Positions 1 to 9,395 of a stretch of 56,456 bases of DNA are shown piece by piece. The position numbers were made by a program, and so were the translations under genes. Each line of letters starts with the position of its first letter. The first letter of the stretch is position 1. This DNA is from Rhodospirillales bacterium (GTDB lineage: Bacteria > Pseudomonadota > Alphaproteobacteria > Kiloniellales > JAKSDN01). The notes beneath the pieces were generated by a model. It did not search any database, was not told the origin of the DNA, and worked only from the letters and a program-made list of their open reading frames with translations. Location: the NCBI GenBank assembly GCA_029859805.1, contig JAOUCL010000003.1, forward strand, positions 1 through 56,456. Reading direction: 5' to 3'.

Positions 1-97
1 TGCGGATCAGCGTCTGGGCCTGTTCCTCGACCACCGAGAGCAGCCGGTTCCACATGATCTGCAGGCGGATCTGCTCGAGCGCGCTGTTCTTGGTCAT
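1..97 (-). CDS. Hydantoinase B/oxoprolinase family protein, N-terminus only (runs off the window)
   Basis: Minus strand reads MTKNSALEQIRLQIMWNRLLSVVEEQAQTLIR, a typical HyuB N-terminus. ATG (95-97) overlaps the TGA of the upstream hydantoinase A gene (ATGA); GAGGAGG RBS. Confidence 0.85.
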   Translation of the reverse strand, partial: MTKNSALEQIRLQIMWNRLLSVVEEQAQTLIR

Positions 98-2196
98 CGC
101 GGATCCTCCTCGCGGTGCCGGGTCATCGTGATGTAGCCGAGATCGTTGACCGCTGCCGTGAACCCCTCGGCGACGACGGTCGTCGTCTGGTCCTCGACAA
201 TCAGCGCCGGGCCCTCGACGCACATTCCTGCCCCAAGCTCGGCGCGGCGGTAGACCGGGACGCTGACGGGACCGGCCCGCTCCGGATCGAAGAGCGGGCG
301 CCGGGCGGCCGGCTCCGGCGGCGGGGCTGCTGCCTCGGGCTCAGCCGCCGCCCGGGGTTCGGGCACCCTGGTTGCCACCGTGACGGTCCAGCTCAGCACC
401 TCGATGTCGAGGCCGGGAATCGTGCGGCCGTAGAGGGAGGTGTAGGCCGTATCGAAGGCCTCGCGGAGGAGCGCGCCGTCCTCGGCCCGCAGCGGGCGCA
501 CCGGCAGGTCGACGGCGATCTCGTGGCCCTGGCCGATGTAGCGCATGTAGGCGGTGCGCACCTCACCGAGCACCGCCTCCGGCGCGGCACCGCATACCAC
601 GGCGTGGGCCTCCTCGCTCATCTCCTCCAGCGTGCGGTTGACCAAGGCCGGATCGAAGGCCGAGAGCCGGTGATAGCGGCTGCGCACGACCTCGTAGGCG
701 ATCGGAGCGCAAAGGAAGCCGATCGCCGAGCCGACGCCCGCGTCCGCCGGCACGACGATCCGCTCAAGCCCGAGCTTCTTCGCCAGACGCGCGGCATGGA
801 GCGGCGCCGCGCCGCCAAAGGCGATCAGCGTGCGCCCGGCGACCTCCTTGCCCCACTCGACGGCGTGGACCCGGGCGGCATTGGCCATGTTCTCGTCGAC
901 CACCTCGCTGATCGCAAAGGCGGCGAGCTGATCGTCCAGGTCGAGCGCCGCGCCGACCCCGCGGGAAACCGCCGCCGCGGCCTGCTGCGGCGCCAAGGTC
1001 ATCGAGCCGCCGGCAAAGGCCTCGGGGTCGATGCGCCCCAGCACCAGATCGGCATCCGTCACGGTCGGCGCCTCGCCGCCACGGCCGTAGCAGGCGGGAC
1101 CAGGCTCGGCCCCGGCGCTCTCGGGACCCACGGCGACGCGCTTCAGCGCATCGACACTGGCGATCGACCCGCCGCCCGCGCCGATCTCGACCATCTCGAT
1201 GGCGGGGATCCGAAGGGGCAGACCGCTGCCCCTCATGAAACGGTAGGCTCGGGCAACCTCGAAGCTGCGCGAGGTCAAGGGTTGCTGGTCGTCGATCAAG
1301 CAGATCTTGGCGGTCGTGCCGCCCATGTCGAATGACAGCACGCGATCGAAGGCGCACTCGGCGGCAATCCGGCTGGCCAAGATGGCGCCACCCGCCGGAC
1401 CCGATTCGACCAGGCGGATCGGAAACCTGACCGCGGTCTCGAAGCCGGTCAGCCCGCCGCCCGAGGTCATCAGCAGGAAGGGACAGGCAAAGCCGTCCTC
1501 GCGCAGGCGCTGCTCCAGGCGGGTCAGGTAGCGCGCCATCAGTGGCTGAACGTAGGCGTTGGCGCAGGTCGTCGAGAGCCGCTCGTACTCGCGGATCTCC
1601 GGGCAGACCTCGGACGACAGGCTGATCCACAGGTCGGGCAATGCGGCCCGCAGGATCCCGGCGACGCGCTCTTCGTGGGCCGGGTTGGCGTAGGCGTGAA
1701 GCAGCCCGACGGCGAGGCTCTCGATGCCCTCGGCCTCCAAGCGTGGAACCAGTGCCGACACCGCCACCTCGTCCAGCGGGCGCAGCACCTCTCCACGCGC
1801 GTTCAGACGCTCGGGCAGCGGCCACCGCAGATAGCGCGGCACCAGCGGCTCCGGACGGTCGATGTTGATGTCGTACTGCTCGAAGCGGTTCTCGTAGGCC
1901 ATCTCCAGGGAATCGCGGTGGCCTTCGGTGGTGACCAGCGCGGTCCTGGCGCCCTTGCGCTCGATCAGCGCGTTGGTTGCTAGGGTCGTGCCGTGGATGA
2001 TCAGGCCGACCGCGCCCGGTCGGACCCCGGCCTCGGCCATGACCACGGCGATGCCCTCGAGCACGGCCTCGTCGGGCCGCGCCGGAGTGGTCAGCACCTT
2101 GGCCGTGGCCAGGCGGTCGCCCGCCTCCAGCGCCAGGTCGGTGAAGGTACCGCCGATGTCGATGGCGAGCCTCGCCGTTTTTCCGGATTCGATCAT
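94..2196 (-). CDS. Hydantoinase A/5-oxoprolinase family protein
   Basis: Motifs IDIGGTFTD, HGTTLATNALIERKG, ESGPAGG, DMGGTT, GPESAGAEPGPACYGRGG. Start set at MIESGK rather than the ORF-track start at 2475. Confidence 0.92.
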   Translation of the reverse strand: MIESGKTARLAIDIGGTFTDLALEAGDRLATAKVLTTPARPDEAVLEGIAVVMAEAGVRPGAVGLIIHGTTLATNALIERKGARTALVTTEGHRDSLEMAYENRFEQYDINIDRPEPLVPRYLRWPLPERLNARGEVLRPLDEVAVSALVPRLEAEGIESLAVGLLHAYANPAHEERVAGILRAALPDLWISLSSEVCPEIREYERLSTTCANAYVQPLMARYLTRLEQRLREDGFACPFLLMTSGGGLTGFETAVRFPIRLVESGPAGGAILASRIAAECAFDRVLSFDMGGTTAKICLIDDQQPLTSRSFEVARAYRFMRGSGLPLRIPAIEMVEIGAGGGSIASVDALKRVAVGPESAGAEPGPACYGRGGEAPTVTDADLVLGRIDPEAFAGGSMTLAPQQAAAAVSRGVGAALDLDDQLAAFAISEVVDENMANAARVHAVEWGKEVAGRTLIAFGGAAPLHAARLAKKLGLERIVVPADAGVGSAIGFLCAPIAYEVVRSRYHRLSAFDPALVNRTLEEMSEEAHAVVCGAAPEAVLGEVRTAYMRYIGQGHEIAVDLPVRPLRAEDGALLREAFDTAYTSLYGRTIPGLDIEVLSWTVTVATRVPEPRAAAEPEAAAPPPEPAARRPLFDPERAGPVSVPVYRRAELGAGMCVEGPALIVEDQTTTVVAEGFTAAVNDLGYITMTRHREEDPR

Positions 2197-2324
2197 GAGG
2201 CCCCTGTCCCTCGTTCGGGACACAGTAGAAAATCCCGGGTGGCACCCGCAAGCGCGCCGCGCCTGTGGCCAGGCCGTGGCCAAGGGGCTAAAAGGAAACA
2301 TCGGGAGTTCATGGGGGACCGGGG

Positions 2325-2864
2325 ATGACCGCCGCCGCCTCGAGGAGCTGGCCTGAAGAGATCTTCGCGGCGCTTGCCGCCCAGGGCGTGCGCCAGGTCG
2401 CCTACGTGCCCGACGCCGGGCACAAGGAGCTGATCGAACGCTGCGCGGGCGCGGCCGAGATGGAGACCGTGGCACTCACTACCGAGGAGGAGGGCATCGC
2501 GCTCTTGGCCGGGGCCTGGCTGGGCGGCCAGCGCGGCGCGCTGCTGATGCAGTCGAGCGGGGTCGGCAACTGCGTCAACATGCTTTCCCTGATGCGCACC
2601 TGCGCCTTTCCGCTTCTCATGCTGGTGACCATGCGCGGCCAGCGCGGCGAGTTCAATCCCTGGCAGCTGCCGATGGGCGAGACCGCCGCGCCGGTCCTCG
2701 AGCTGGGCGGTTGCCGCGTCTTCGCCTTGGACGACTCAGCCGAGGCCGGCGCGACCGTGGCGGCAGCCGGACGTGCGGCCTTCGATGGGCCGACGCCGGC
2801 CGCGGTGCTGATCGCCCAGCGTGTAGTCGGCATGAAGACATTCGGGGGACCGGGCGATGACTGA
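2325..2864 (+). CDS. ThDP-dependent decarboxylase alpha subunit (sulfopyruvate/phosphonopyruvate decarboxylase, ComD-like)
   Basis: YVPD, TTEEEGI, MQSSGVGN, RGEFNPWQ motifs of the PYR domain; overlaps the beta-subunit gene. Confidence 0.82.
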   Translation: MTAAASRSWPEEIFAALAAQGVRQVAYVPDAGHKELIERCAGAAEMETVALTTEEEGIALLAGAWLGGQRGALLMQSSGVGNCVNMLSLMRTCAFPLLMLVTMRGQRGEFNPWQLPMGETAAPVLELGGCRVFALDDSAEAGATVAAAGRAAFDGPTPAAVLIAQRVVGMKTFGGPGDD

Positions 2865-3465
2865 TCCAGGGCGAAGCGAGCGCTATCCTCTCAGGCGCCG
2901 CGCGGTGGCCGCGGCCCTGCTGGAGGCGCGCGGCGACCTGCTGGTCGTGAGCGGCCTGGGAGCGCCCACCTGGGACGTGGCGGCGGCCGGTGACTATCCA
3001 CTGACCTTCCCGCTCTGGGGCGCCATGGGCGGGGCCGCCATGATGGGCCTCGGCCTGGCGCTGGCCCGGCCGGAGCGCCGCGTCCTGGTGGTGACCGGCG
3101 ATGGTGAGATGCTGATGGGCTTGGGTTCGCTTGCAACGATCGGGGTCAAGCGGCCGGCAAACCTGGCGATCGTCGTGCTGGACAACGAGCGCTACGGCGA
3201 GACCGGCATGCAGGCGACCCACACGGCCGGCCCCGCGGACCTGGCGGCGGCGGCCAAGGCGCTCGGCTTTCCGGTGACGGGCACGGTCCACGAACAGGCG
3301 GAGCTCGAAGCGGCCATTCCCGAGATCCGCGGCACCACTGGACCGGTCTTCTACGACATCAAGGTGCGCGCCGAGGACCTGCCGCTGGTCATGCCGCCCA
3401 AGGACGGGATCCTGCTGAAGGACCGCTTCCGCGCCGCCCTTCTAGGCAAGGAGGCCGGGATATGA
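2857..3465 (+). CDS. ThDP-dependent decarboxylase beta subunit (ComE-like)
   Basis: ThDP motif GDGEMLM...DNERYGETG; GAMGGAAMMGLGLA. Confidence 0.82.
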   Translation: MTDPGRSERYPLRRRAVAAALLEARGDLLVVSGLGAPTWDVAAAGDYPLTFPLWGAMGGAAMMGLGLALARPERRVLVVTGDGEMLMGLGSLATIGVKRPANLAIVVLDNERYGETGMQATHTAGPADLAAAAKALGFPVTGTVHEQAELEAAIPEIRGTTGPVFYDIKVRAEDLPLVMPPKDGILLKDRFRAALLGKEAGI

Positions 3466-4640
3466 CCGAGCGCGCCGACGTGGTGATCGCAGGCGGCGGC
3501 GTAATGGGCTGCGCCGTCGCCTATTTCCTGGCCGCCGATCCGGACTTCGACGGCACGGTCCTGGTCGTCGAGCGCGACTGGTCCTATGCCGTCGCCACCA
3601 CGCCACGCTCCTGGGGCGGCATCCGCCAGCAGTTCTCGACGCCCGAGAACGTGCGCATGGGACTCTTCGGCATCGAGTTCGTGCGCCAAGCGGCGGAGAC
3701 CCTGGCGGTCGGCGACGACAAGCCGGATCTGGCGTTCCGCGAACGGGGCTACCTGTTCCTGGCGAGCGCGGCGGGCCTGCCGGTGCTCGAGGCCAACGTC
3801 CGTCTTCAGCGGGGCTTGGGCGCGGAGGTGACCCTGCTCTCCCCGGCGGAGATCGCCGGGCGCTGCCCCTGGCTCAACGTCGAGGGCCTGGCGGGCGCCG
3901 GCTACGGCCCGCGCAACGAGGGCTGGCTCGACCCCGCCAGCCTGATGCAGGCCTTCCGGCGCAAGGCCCGGGACCTGGGCGCCGAGATCATCGAGGACGA
4001 GGTGGTCGGCGTGACCGTGGACCGCGGCCGCGTGGCCGGCGTCGCCCTGAAGAGGCGCGGCCCGGTCGCTTGCGGCACCCTGGTGAACGCCGCCGGACCG
4101 CAGGCCGGGGCGCTGGCGCGCCTGGCCGGCGTGGCGCTGCCCGTGGTGCCGCGCAAGCGCATGACCTACGTCTTCGACTGCCGCGAGGACCTGGGGGAAG
4201 CGCCGCTCACCATCGACGTGACCGGCGTCGCCTTCCGGCCCGAGGGGCGGCAGTACCTGGCCATCGTCTCTCCGCCCGCCGAGCGGGACCCCGACACCGA
4301 GGACCTGGAGCCCGAGTACGAGCTTTTCGAGGAGACGATCTGGCCGGCGCTCGCCGCCCGCGTGCCGGCCTTCGAGGCAATCAAGCTGACTAACGCCTGG
4401 GCCGGGCTCTACGACTACAACAGCTTCGACCAGAACGCGATCATCGGGCCGCACCCCGAGCTCGGCGGCCTGCTGTTCTGCAACGGCTTCAGCGGCCACG
4501 GCCTGCAGCAGGCCCCGGCCGCCGGCCGCGCCGTTGCCGAGCTCATCGTTCACGGTATGTACCGCAGCCTCGACCTGACCGCCCTGGGCTATCAGCGGAT
4601 CTCCGAAGACCGTCCGTTGAAGGAGGCAAATGTTGTCTAA
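3462..4640 (+). CDS. FAD-dependent oxidoreductase (DAO/FOXRED1-like)
   Basis: GGGVMG Rossmann motif, GGIRQQFS, WAGLYDYN, GFSGHGLQQAP; ATGA coupling to the upstream gene. Confidence 0.88.
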   Translation: MTERADVVIAGGGVMGCAVAYFLAADPDFDGTVLVVERDWSYAVATTPRSWGGIRQQFSTPENVRMGLFGIEFVRQAAETLAVGDDKPDLAFRERGYLFLASAAGLPVLEANVRLQRGLGAEVTLLSPAEIAGRCPWLNVEGLAGAGYGPRNEGWLDPASLMQAFRRKARDLGAEIIEDEVVGVTVDRGRVAGVALKRRGPVACGTLVNAAGPQAGALARLAGVALPVVPRKRMTYVFDCREDLGEAPLTIDVTGVAFRPEGRQYLAIVSPPAERDPDTEDLEPEYELFEETIWPALAARVPAFEAIKLTNAWAGLYDYNSFDQNAIIGPHPELGGLLFCNGFSGHGLQQAPAAGRAVAELIVHGMYRSLDLTALGYQRISEDRPLKEANVV

Positions 4641-4760
4641 ACCCGCGGTAGACGCGACAAGAACATCAAGCGAACGTGTCCGTTGCGTCATTTGCGTACA
4701 TACGATACTGCGGCGCGAGATCAATTTCGGCGGCGAAGCAAACGACGGGATCGAAATTCC

Positions 4761-5360
4761 ATGACCAAGACGATCGACTACTACCTTTCGCTGATATCGC
4801 CCTGGACCTACCTGGGCAGCGCGCGGCTCGAGGAGATAGCAAAGGCTCACGGCGCCCAGGTGCGGGTCAAGCCGGTCGATTACGGCACGATCTTCCCGAA
4901 GACCGGCGGCCTGCCGCTGGCCAAGCGGGCGCCGGAGCGCCAGGCCTACCGCCTGGTCGAGCTGCAGCGTTGGAGCAAGGCGCTCGGCTTGCCCCTGACC
5001 CTGCATCCCAAGTTCTTCCCGGCGGTCGAGCAGCTGGCCGCCTGCACGGTGCTGGCGGCGGCCGAGACCGACGGCGCGCCGCTGAAGCTGGCGCACGCCA
5101 TCCTGCGCGCCGTCTGGGTCGAGGAGCGCAACATCGCGGATGCCGCCACCCTCGAGACGATCGCCGACGCGACCGGCCATTCCGGCATCAACCTGATGGC
5201 CCGGGCCTGCGAGCCGGAAACGCTCGAAAGCTACAAGGCGCTCACCGAGGAGGCGCTGGAGCGCGGCGTCTTCGGCGCCCCGACCTACGTCTACGACGGC
5301 GAGCTGTTCTGGGGCCAGGACAGGCTGGATCTGCTGGACAAGGCGCTGGCGGACTCCTGA
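4761..5360 (+). CDS. 2-hydroxychromene-2-carboxylate isomerase / GST-kappa (DsbA-like) family
   Basis: IDYYLSLISPWTYLG, GVFGAPTY, FWGQDRL motifs. Confidence 0.9.
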   Translation: MTKTIDYYLSLISPWTYLGSARLEEIAKAHGAQVRVKPVDYGTIFPKTGGLPLAKRAPERQAYRLVELQRWSKALGLPLTLHPKFFPAVEQLAACTVLAAAETDGAPLKLAHAILRAVWVEERNIADAATLETIADATGHSGINLMARACEPETLESYKALTEEALERGVFGAPTYVYDGELFWGQDRLDLLDKALADS

Positions 5361-5376
5361 ACGCCGGACCGCCCCG

Positions 5377-5871
5377 TCACTTCAGGAACTTCACCCGGAA
5401 TTCCTCGTCGAAGTACTTGTCGCCGATCTTGAGCGCGTGGCGCTCGAGGCCGTAGGCCTCGAAGCCCATCTTCTCGTAGAAACGCCTGGCCCGCTCGTTG
5501 TCCGTGATGATCGAAAGCAAGAGCTGCTCGACCCGGCCGCGGGCATGCTCCACCACGCTCTCGACGATCGCCTCGGCCAGGCCGGTGCCGCGCGCCGCCG
5601 GCTTCACGTACATGCCCCAAAGGATCCCCTTGTGCCTGATCTTCGGGTTCTTCAAGGAGTGGAAGCCGACGAAGCCGCACAGCTCGCCGTCCCCGAAGCC
5701 GCCGAACACCGCGTATTGGCGCAGGCGCTGCGCATAGGCGTCGAGCGGCAGGTCAGCCGAGCTCTCGTAGGTCGACTGGAAGGCCTCCGGGAAATGCTCG
5801 AGCGCCTCCAGCCGCAGCGCGCGGAACGCTTGTGCGTCGTCCGCCGTGAGCCGCCTCACCGTGATTTCCAT
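5377..5871 (-). CDS. GNAT family N-acetyltransferase
   Basis: C-terminal part of the 5377..7368 ORF: LRLEAL..PEAF, GMYVKPAARGTG, NERARRFYEKMGF; GAGGGAG RBS before ATG 5871. Confidence 0.88.
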   Translation of the reverse strand: MEITVRRLTADDAQAFRALRLEALEHFPEAFQSTYESSADLPLDAYAQRLRQYAVFGGFGDGELCGFVGFHSLKNPKIRHKGILWGMYVKPAARGTGLAEAIVESVVEHARGRVEQLLLSIITDNERARRFYEKMGFEAYGLERHALKIGDKYFDEEFRVKFLK

Positions 5872-5951
5872 GGCTCCCTCCCCTGCGAGAAACCGGCAGA
5901 CGATCATATCGCGCGAATGGCCCGTCTGTCGCGGTCGAATCTCGGCCGGGC

Positions 5952-7307
5952 CTAGCCCGCGGCCAGTTCGGCGACAGCGCTCTCGAAGGCCTCGCTGTGG
6001 CGGTCGACCTGGGCCTCGGTCGTGGCCGGCGAGGTCAGCATCATATTGTGGAAGGGCGTGACCAGGACGCCGCGGTTGAGGCAGTAGAGGTGCAGCAGCC
6101 GCTCGAGCTCCGGATCGCAACCGGCCCGGACCTGCTTGGCGTTCTTCCAGGGTGTCGGGTTGATGCCGTATTCGACCCGGGCACCCATGCGCGTGACGTG
6201 CCAGGGCAGGTCGTGGCGCGCGATCGCGCCGTCGATGCCTTCTTCCAGGCGGACGGCCATGGCGAACATATGCTCGTAGCCCTGCTCGGTGATGACCTGC
6301 TCGAACATGACCCGCATGGCCCGCACCGATAGGGCGTTGGCCGAGAGCGTGCCGCCGACCCCGGTGCTGAAGTCGCCGAGCTCCTCGAAACGCCGGTCGA
6401 TGCGCTCTGCCAACTCGGCGGTGAAGCCATAGACCGCGGCTGGGATGCCGCCGGCGATCGGCTTGCCCAGCGTCAGCATGTCCGGCTCCAGCCCGGAGGC
6501 CCCGGTGTAGCCCGCCGGCCCGCTCGAAAGGGTGTGGGTCTCGTCGATGATCAACAGCGTGCCGTGGCGCCGGGTGGTCCCGCGCAGGCCGTCGTGAAAG
6601 CCCGGATCGGGCAGCACCATGCCGCAGTTGGTAAGCGCCGGCTCCGCCAGCACGCAGGCGACGTCGCCCGCGGCGAGCGCCCGGTCGAGCTGCTCCAGGT
6701 CGTTGAAATCGACCACCCGGGTCGTGGTCTCGGGATCCTCGACGACGCCGATGCTGGCCGGCCGCCGGATCATGCCGTTGCCATTCAGATCGACCAGGGT
6801 CTCGCCCAGCGTGCCGTGGTAGCAGCCGTCGAACACCAGGATCTTGGGGCGGCCGGTGAGCTCGCGGGCGAAGCGGCAGGCGAAGCGGTTGGCGTCGGTC
6901 GCGGTCAGCGCCAGGCTCCAGACAGGCAGGCCGAAGCGCTGGGCGAGCTCCGCGCCGAGCCAGACGCTGTCCTCGGTCGGCAGCATTGTGGTGATCCCCT
7001 GCCCGGCCGTCCGGGTCACCAGCTCGACGAAGGGCGCGGGCGAGTGGCCGAACATCGCGCCGGTGTCGCCCAGGCAGAAATCGGCATACTCGTGGCCGTC
7101 GACATCGACCACCGTGGCGCCCAACGCGCGCTCGGCGAAGACGGTAAAGGGGCTCTGCCATTCGCGCATCCAGGTGAGCGGCGTGCCGGCGAGCAGATGC
7201 GCCTTGGCCCGCTCGGAAAGCGCCCGCGACTTCGGGCGCTCGGCGGCGAAGCGTTCGACCTCGCGCGCCATCAGCGCCGCAATGGCTGCCCGCTCGATCT
7301 CTCGCAT
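5952..7307 (-). CDS. Class III PLP aminotransferase (glutamate-1-semialdehyde aminomutase-like)
   Basis: DVDGHEYADFCLGDTG, GCYHG, IIDETHT, LGKPIAGG (PLP lysine), GGTLSANAL; GGAGGAGG RBS. Confidence 0.88.
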   Translation of the reverse strand: MREIERAAIAALMAREVERFAAERPKSRALSERAKAHLLAGTPLTWMREWQSPFTVFAERALGATVVDVDGHEYADFCLGDTGAMFGHSPAPFVELVTRTAGQGITTMLPTEDSVWLGAELAQRFGLPVWSLALTATDANRFACRFARELTGRPKILVFDGCYHGTLGETLVDLNGNGMIRRPASIGVVEDPETTTRVVDFNDLEQLDRALAAGDVACVLAEPALTNCGMVLPDPGFHDGLRGTTRRHGTLLIIDETHTLSSGPAGYTGASGLEPDMLTLGKPIAGGIPAAVYGFTAELAERIDRRFEELGDFSTGVGGTLSANALSVRAMRVMFEQVITEQGYEHMFAMAVRLEEGIDGAIARHDLPWHVTRMGARVEYGINPTPWKNAKQVRAGCDPELERLLHLYCLNRGVLVTPFHNMMLTSPATTEAQVDRHSEAFESAVAELAAG

Positions 7308-7620
7308 GGTCCCCTCCTCCACGACCGGCGGAATTCGCAGTGTCGCGCAAGGCGGGCGTCCGGCGCAAGCCGGCGCACGGCGCGGTTCGGCCGTCGGTTC
7401 AGGCCACGGCCGGTTCCCTCGGGATCGCCCGGCGGAGAGCCTCGGCGAATCGAATGAGCCATGTCAATGCACCGACTACGCAGATCGCCTAGGCTAAATC
7501 GCTTTGCGACGGGGCCCCGGGCGGAGGTCTTTCTGCTGTGTCCCGAGGCGAAACCTACAACGAGAATTCCCGTCGCATCGCCCTAGAGCTGCGCGGGGGG
7601 CAAGCAAGAGGAGTCCGACA

Positions 7621-8049
7621 ATGGGCCAACAACAGTTTCCCTGCCACATACGCTGTCTCGAAGGCGCAGACGTCAGCGGCGCCTGGGAAGGCCTCGCAAC
7701 CGCTGCGCAGATCAGCGTTCCTTACACCTGCAAGCTGTCTGGCAAGCGTGAATTGCTACTACTGCTCAGCGACGACTGCGCCAAGCGGCTGGCCGACCGC
7801 TTCCGGCCTTTGGGCGAGCCCGATAGCCTGAAGATGCTCGCCGCCCTCGCTTCGGCGGAGCTTTGCGAATGCGACGTGGCCACCCTCCTGCAGAAGGAAG
7901 ATGGCGAGACCAGGCGCGAGCTTCAGCGGCTGCATCGTCTCGGGCTTCTGAAACACCGCCAGATCGAGGGAATGAACTATTACATCCTGGCGAACGAAGC
8001 GCTGAGCGACCTGCTGAAGCAGGGGCCGACACCGGCCGGTTTCGACTGA
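7621..8049 (+). CDS. ArsR/SmtB family transcriptional regulator
   Basis: ADRFRPLGEP..LKML, ELCECDVA (alpha3 metal-site-like), LQRLHRLGLL..R..G..NYY; GAGGAG RBS before ATG 7621. Confidence 0.75.
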   Translation: MGQQQFPCHIRCLEGADVSGAWEGLATAAQISVPYTCKLSGKRELLLLLSDDCAKRLADRFRPLGEPDSLKMLAALASAELCECDVATLLQKEDGETRRELQRLHRLGLLKHRQIEGMNYYILANEALSDLLKQGPTPAGFD

Positions 8050-8218
8050 GGCCTACGCGCTGCAAAGGCCTGGACCCGCTTGCCTCCGGCTGTCTCCTCA
8101 CCTGAGGAAGAGTTCGCCGTCAAGGCCGAGTTCGTTACCTGCCGGTGCGATGCTATCCCGGCCGAACGCTGCCTCGTAGCATGCGTTCGGCCGGGATCGC
8201 GTATAAGGGTTCGGACAG

Positions 8219-9274
8219 TTAGCCGCAGGTATAAAGGCCGCCGGCTTTCTGCCGGACCGCGTCGTAATCCTTGAAGATCTGCACGACCTTCGCGGCGGTT
8301 TCACCGGTCTCGGCGATCTCGTCCCAGAACCTGCTGGCCGCCTCCTCCACCGCTTTCCACTCGCTGGCGGGGATCGACTCAACCTTCAGCTTCTTGCCCT
8401 TGGCGCGAAGCTTGGCCTCACCGCCAAAGTACCACTGGTTGCGGTAGAAGTGGCCGCTCTCGATGCCAGAGAGGACAATCTGCTTGAGGTGAGAGGGCAG
8501 ATCGGCCCAACGTTTCTCGTTGACGAACCACGATCCGATCCACGCACCCGAGATGTTGTTGGTCAGGAAATAGTCGGTCACGTCGGCCCAGCCAACCTCG
8601 TAGTCCTCGGTGATGCCGGACCAAGCCATGCCGTCGAGCTCGCCCGTCTGAACGGCCACTTCCGCATCCTCGTACGGGATCTGGACCGGCACGACGCCGA
8701 ATTGCGCCAGGAACCGGCCGGCCGTCGGGAACGTGTAGAGCCGAAGTCCGTTCAGGTCTTCCAGTTTGGTGATCCGCTTCTTGGTGTTGAAGTTGCACGG
8801 ATCCTGACCCGCCGCCGACAGCCATACGACGCCGCCGGCCTTCTTGTAGGCCTCCGACCAGATCTCCGCGAAGCCGTACTGGCGGAACAGGACCGGCACG
8901 TCGAGCGCGTGCCGCGTCGCCATCGGGAAGTAGCCGCCGAAGACCGAGATATCCACAGGCGCCGCCATCGAATCGTCGTCCGAATGGACAGCGTCGATGG
9001 TGCCCTTCTGCATGGACCGGAACAGCTCGCCCGTCGGGACCAGCTGGTCGGCATAGAAGAGCTCGATCTGCAACTCGCCCTTCGCCGCCGTGTTTATGGC
9101 ATCGATGGCCGGCTTGGTGACGTGCTGCCCGAGTGCCGACCCGGCGTAGGTCTGAAAACGCCACTTGATAGGCGCCTGGGCGTGGACGGCGGGCGCAGCA
9201 AGCGTCGTCGCGCCCGCAGCGGCAGCCGCAACACCAGCCTTTGTCAAGAATTCTCGTCTGTTGCTCTTGGTCAT
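8219..9274 (-). CDS. dctP: TRAP transporter substrate-binding protein, TAT-exported
   Basis: Twin-arginine signal NRREFL...APAVHA; IKWRFQTYAG, LVPTGELFRSMQKGTIDAV. Confidence 0.9.
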   Translation of the reverse strand: MTKSNRREFLTKAGVAAAAAGATTLAAPAVHAQAPIKWRFQTYAGSALGQHVTKPAIDAINTAAKGELQIELFYADQLVPTGELFRSMQKGTIDAVHSDDDSMAAPVDISVFGGYFPMATRHALDVPVLFRQYGFAEIWSEAYKKAGGVVWLSAAGQDPCNFNTKKRITKLEDLNGLRLYTFPTAGRFLAQFGVVPVQIPYEDAEVAVQTGELDGMAWSGITEDYEVGWADVTDYFLTNNISGAWIGSWFVNEKRWADLPSHLKQIVLSGIESGHFYRNQWYFGGEAKLRAKGKKLKVESIPASEWKAVEEAASRFWDEIAETGETAAKVVQIFKDYDAVRQKAGGLYTCG

Positions 9275-9395
9275 CTCTCTCTCCCTTCTGCTGTCGTGAA
9301 CAAAACCAACCCGATTGGTCACCGTCGGCCCCCGTGGAACAGGAGCATTGTTCGTCATCGGTTTCCAGCAAACCTCCTGTGTTCGTTCATCGAAA

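Noticed and set aside
2197-2475. N-terminal extension of hydantoinase A
   Set aside because: Overlaps the divergent ComD-like gene; Arg/Pro-rich, non-coding character.
5872-7368. Apparent 663-aa GNAT fusion
   Set aside because: The N-terminal part is an off-frame read of the aminotransferase; the GNAT has its own RBS and ATG at 5871.
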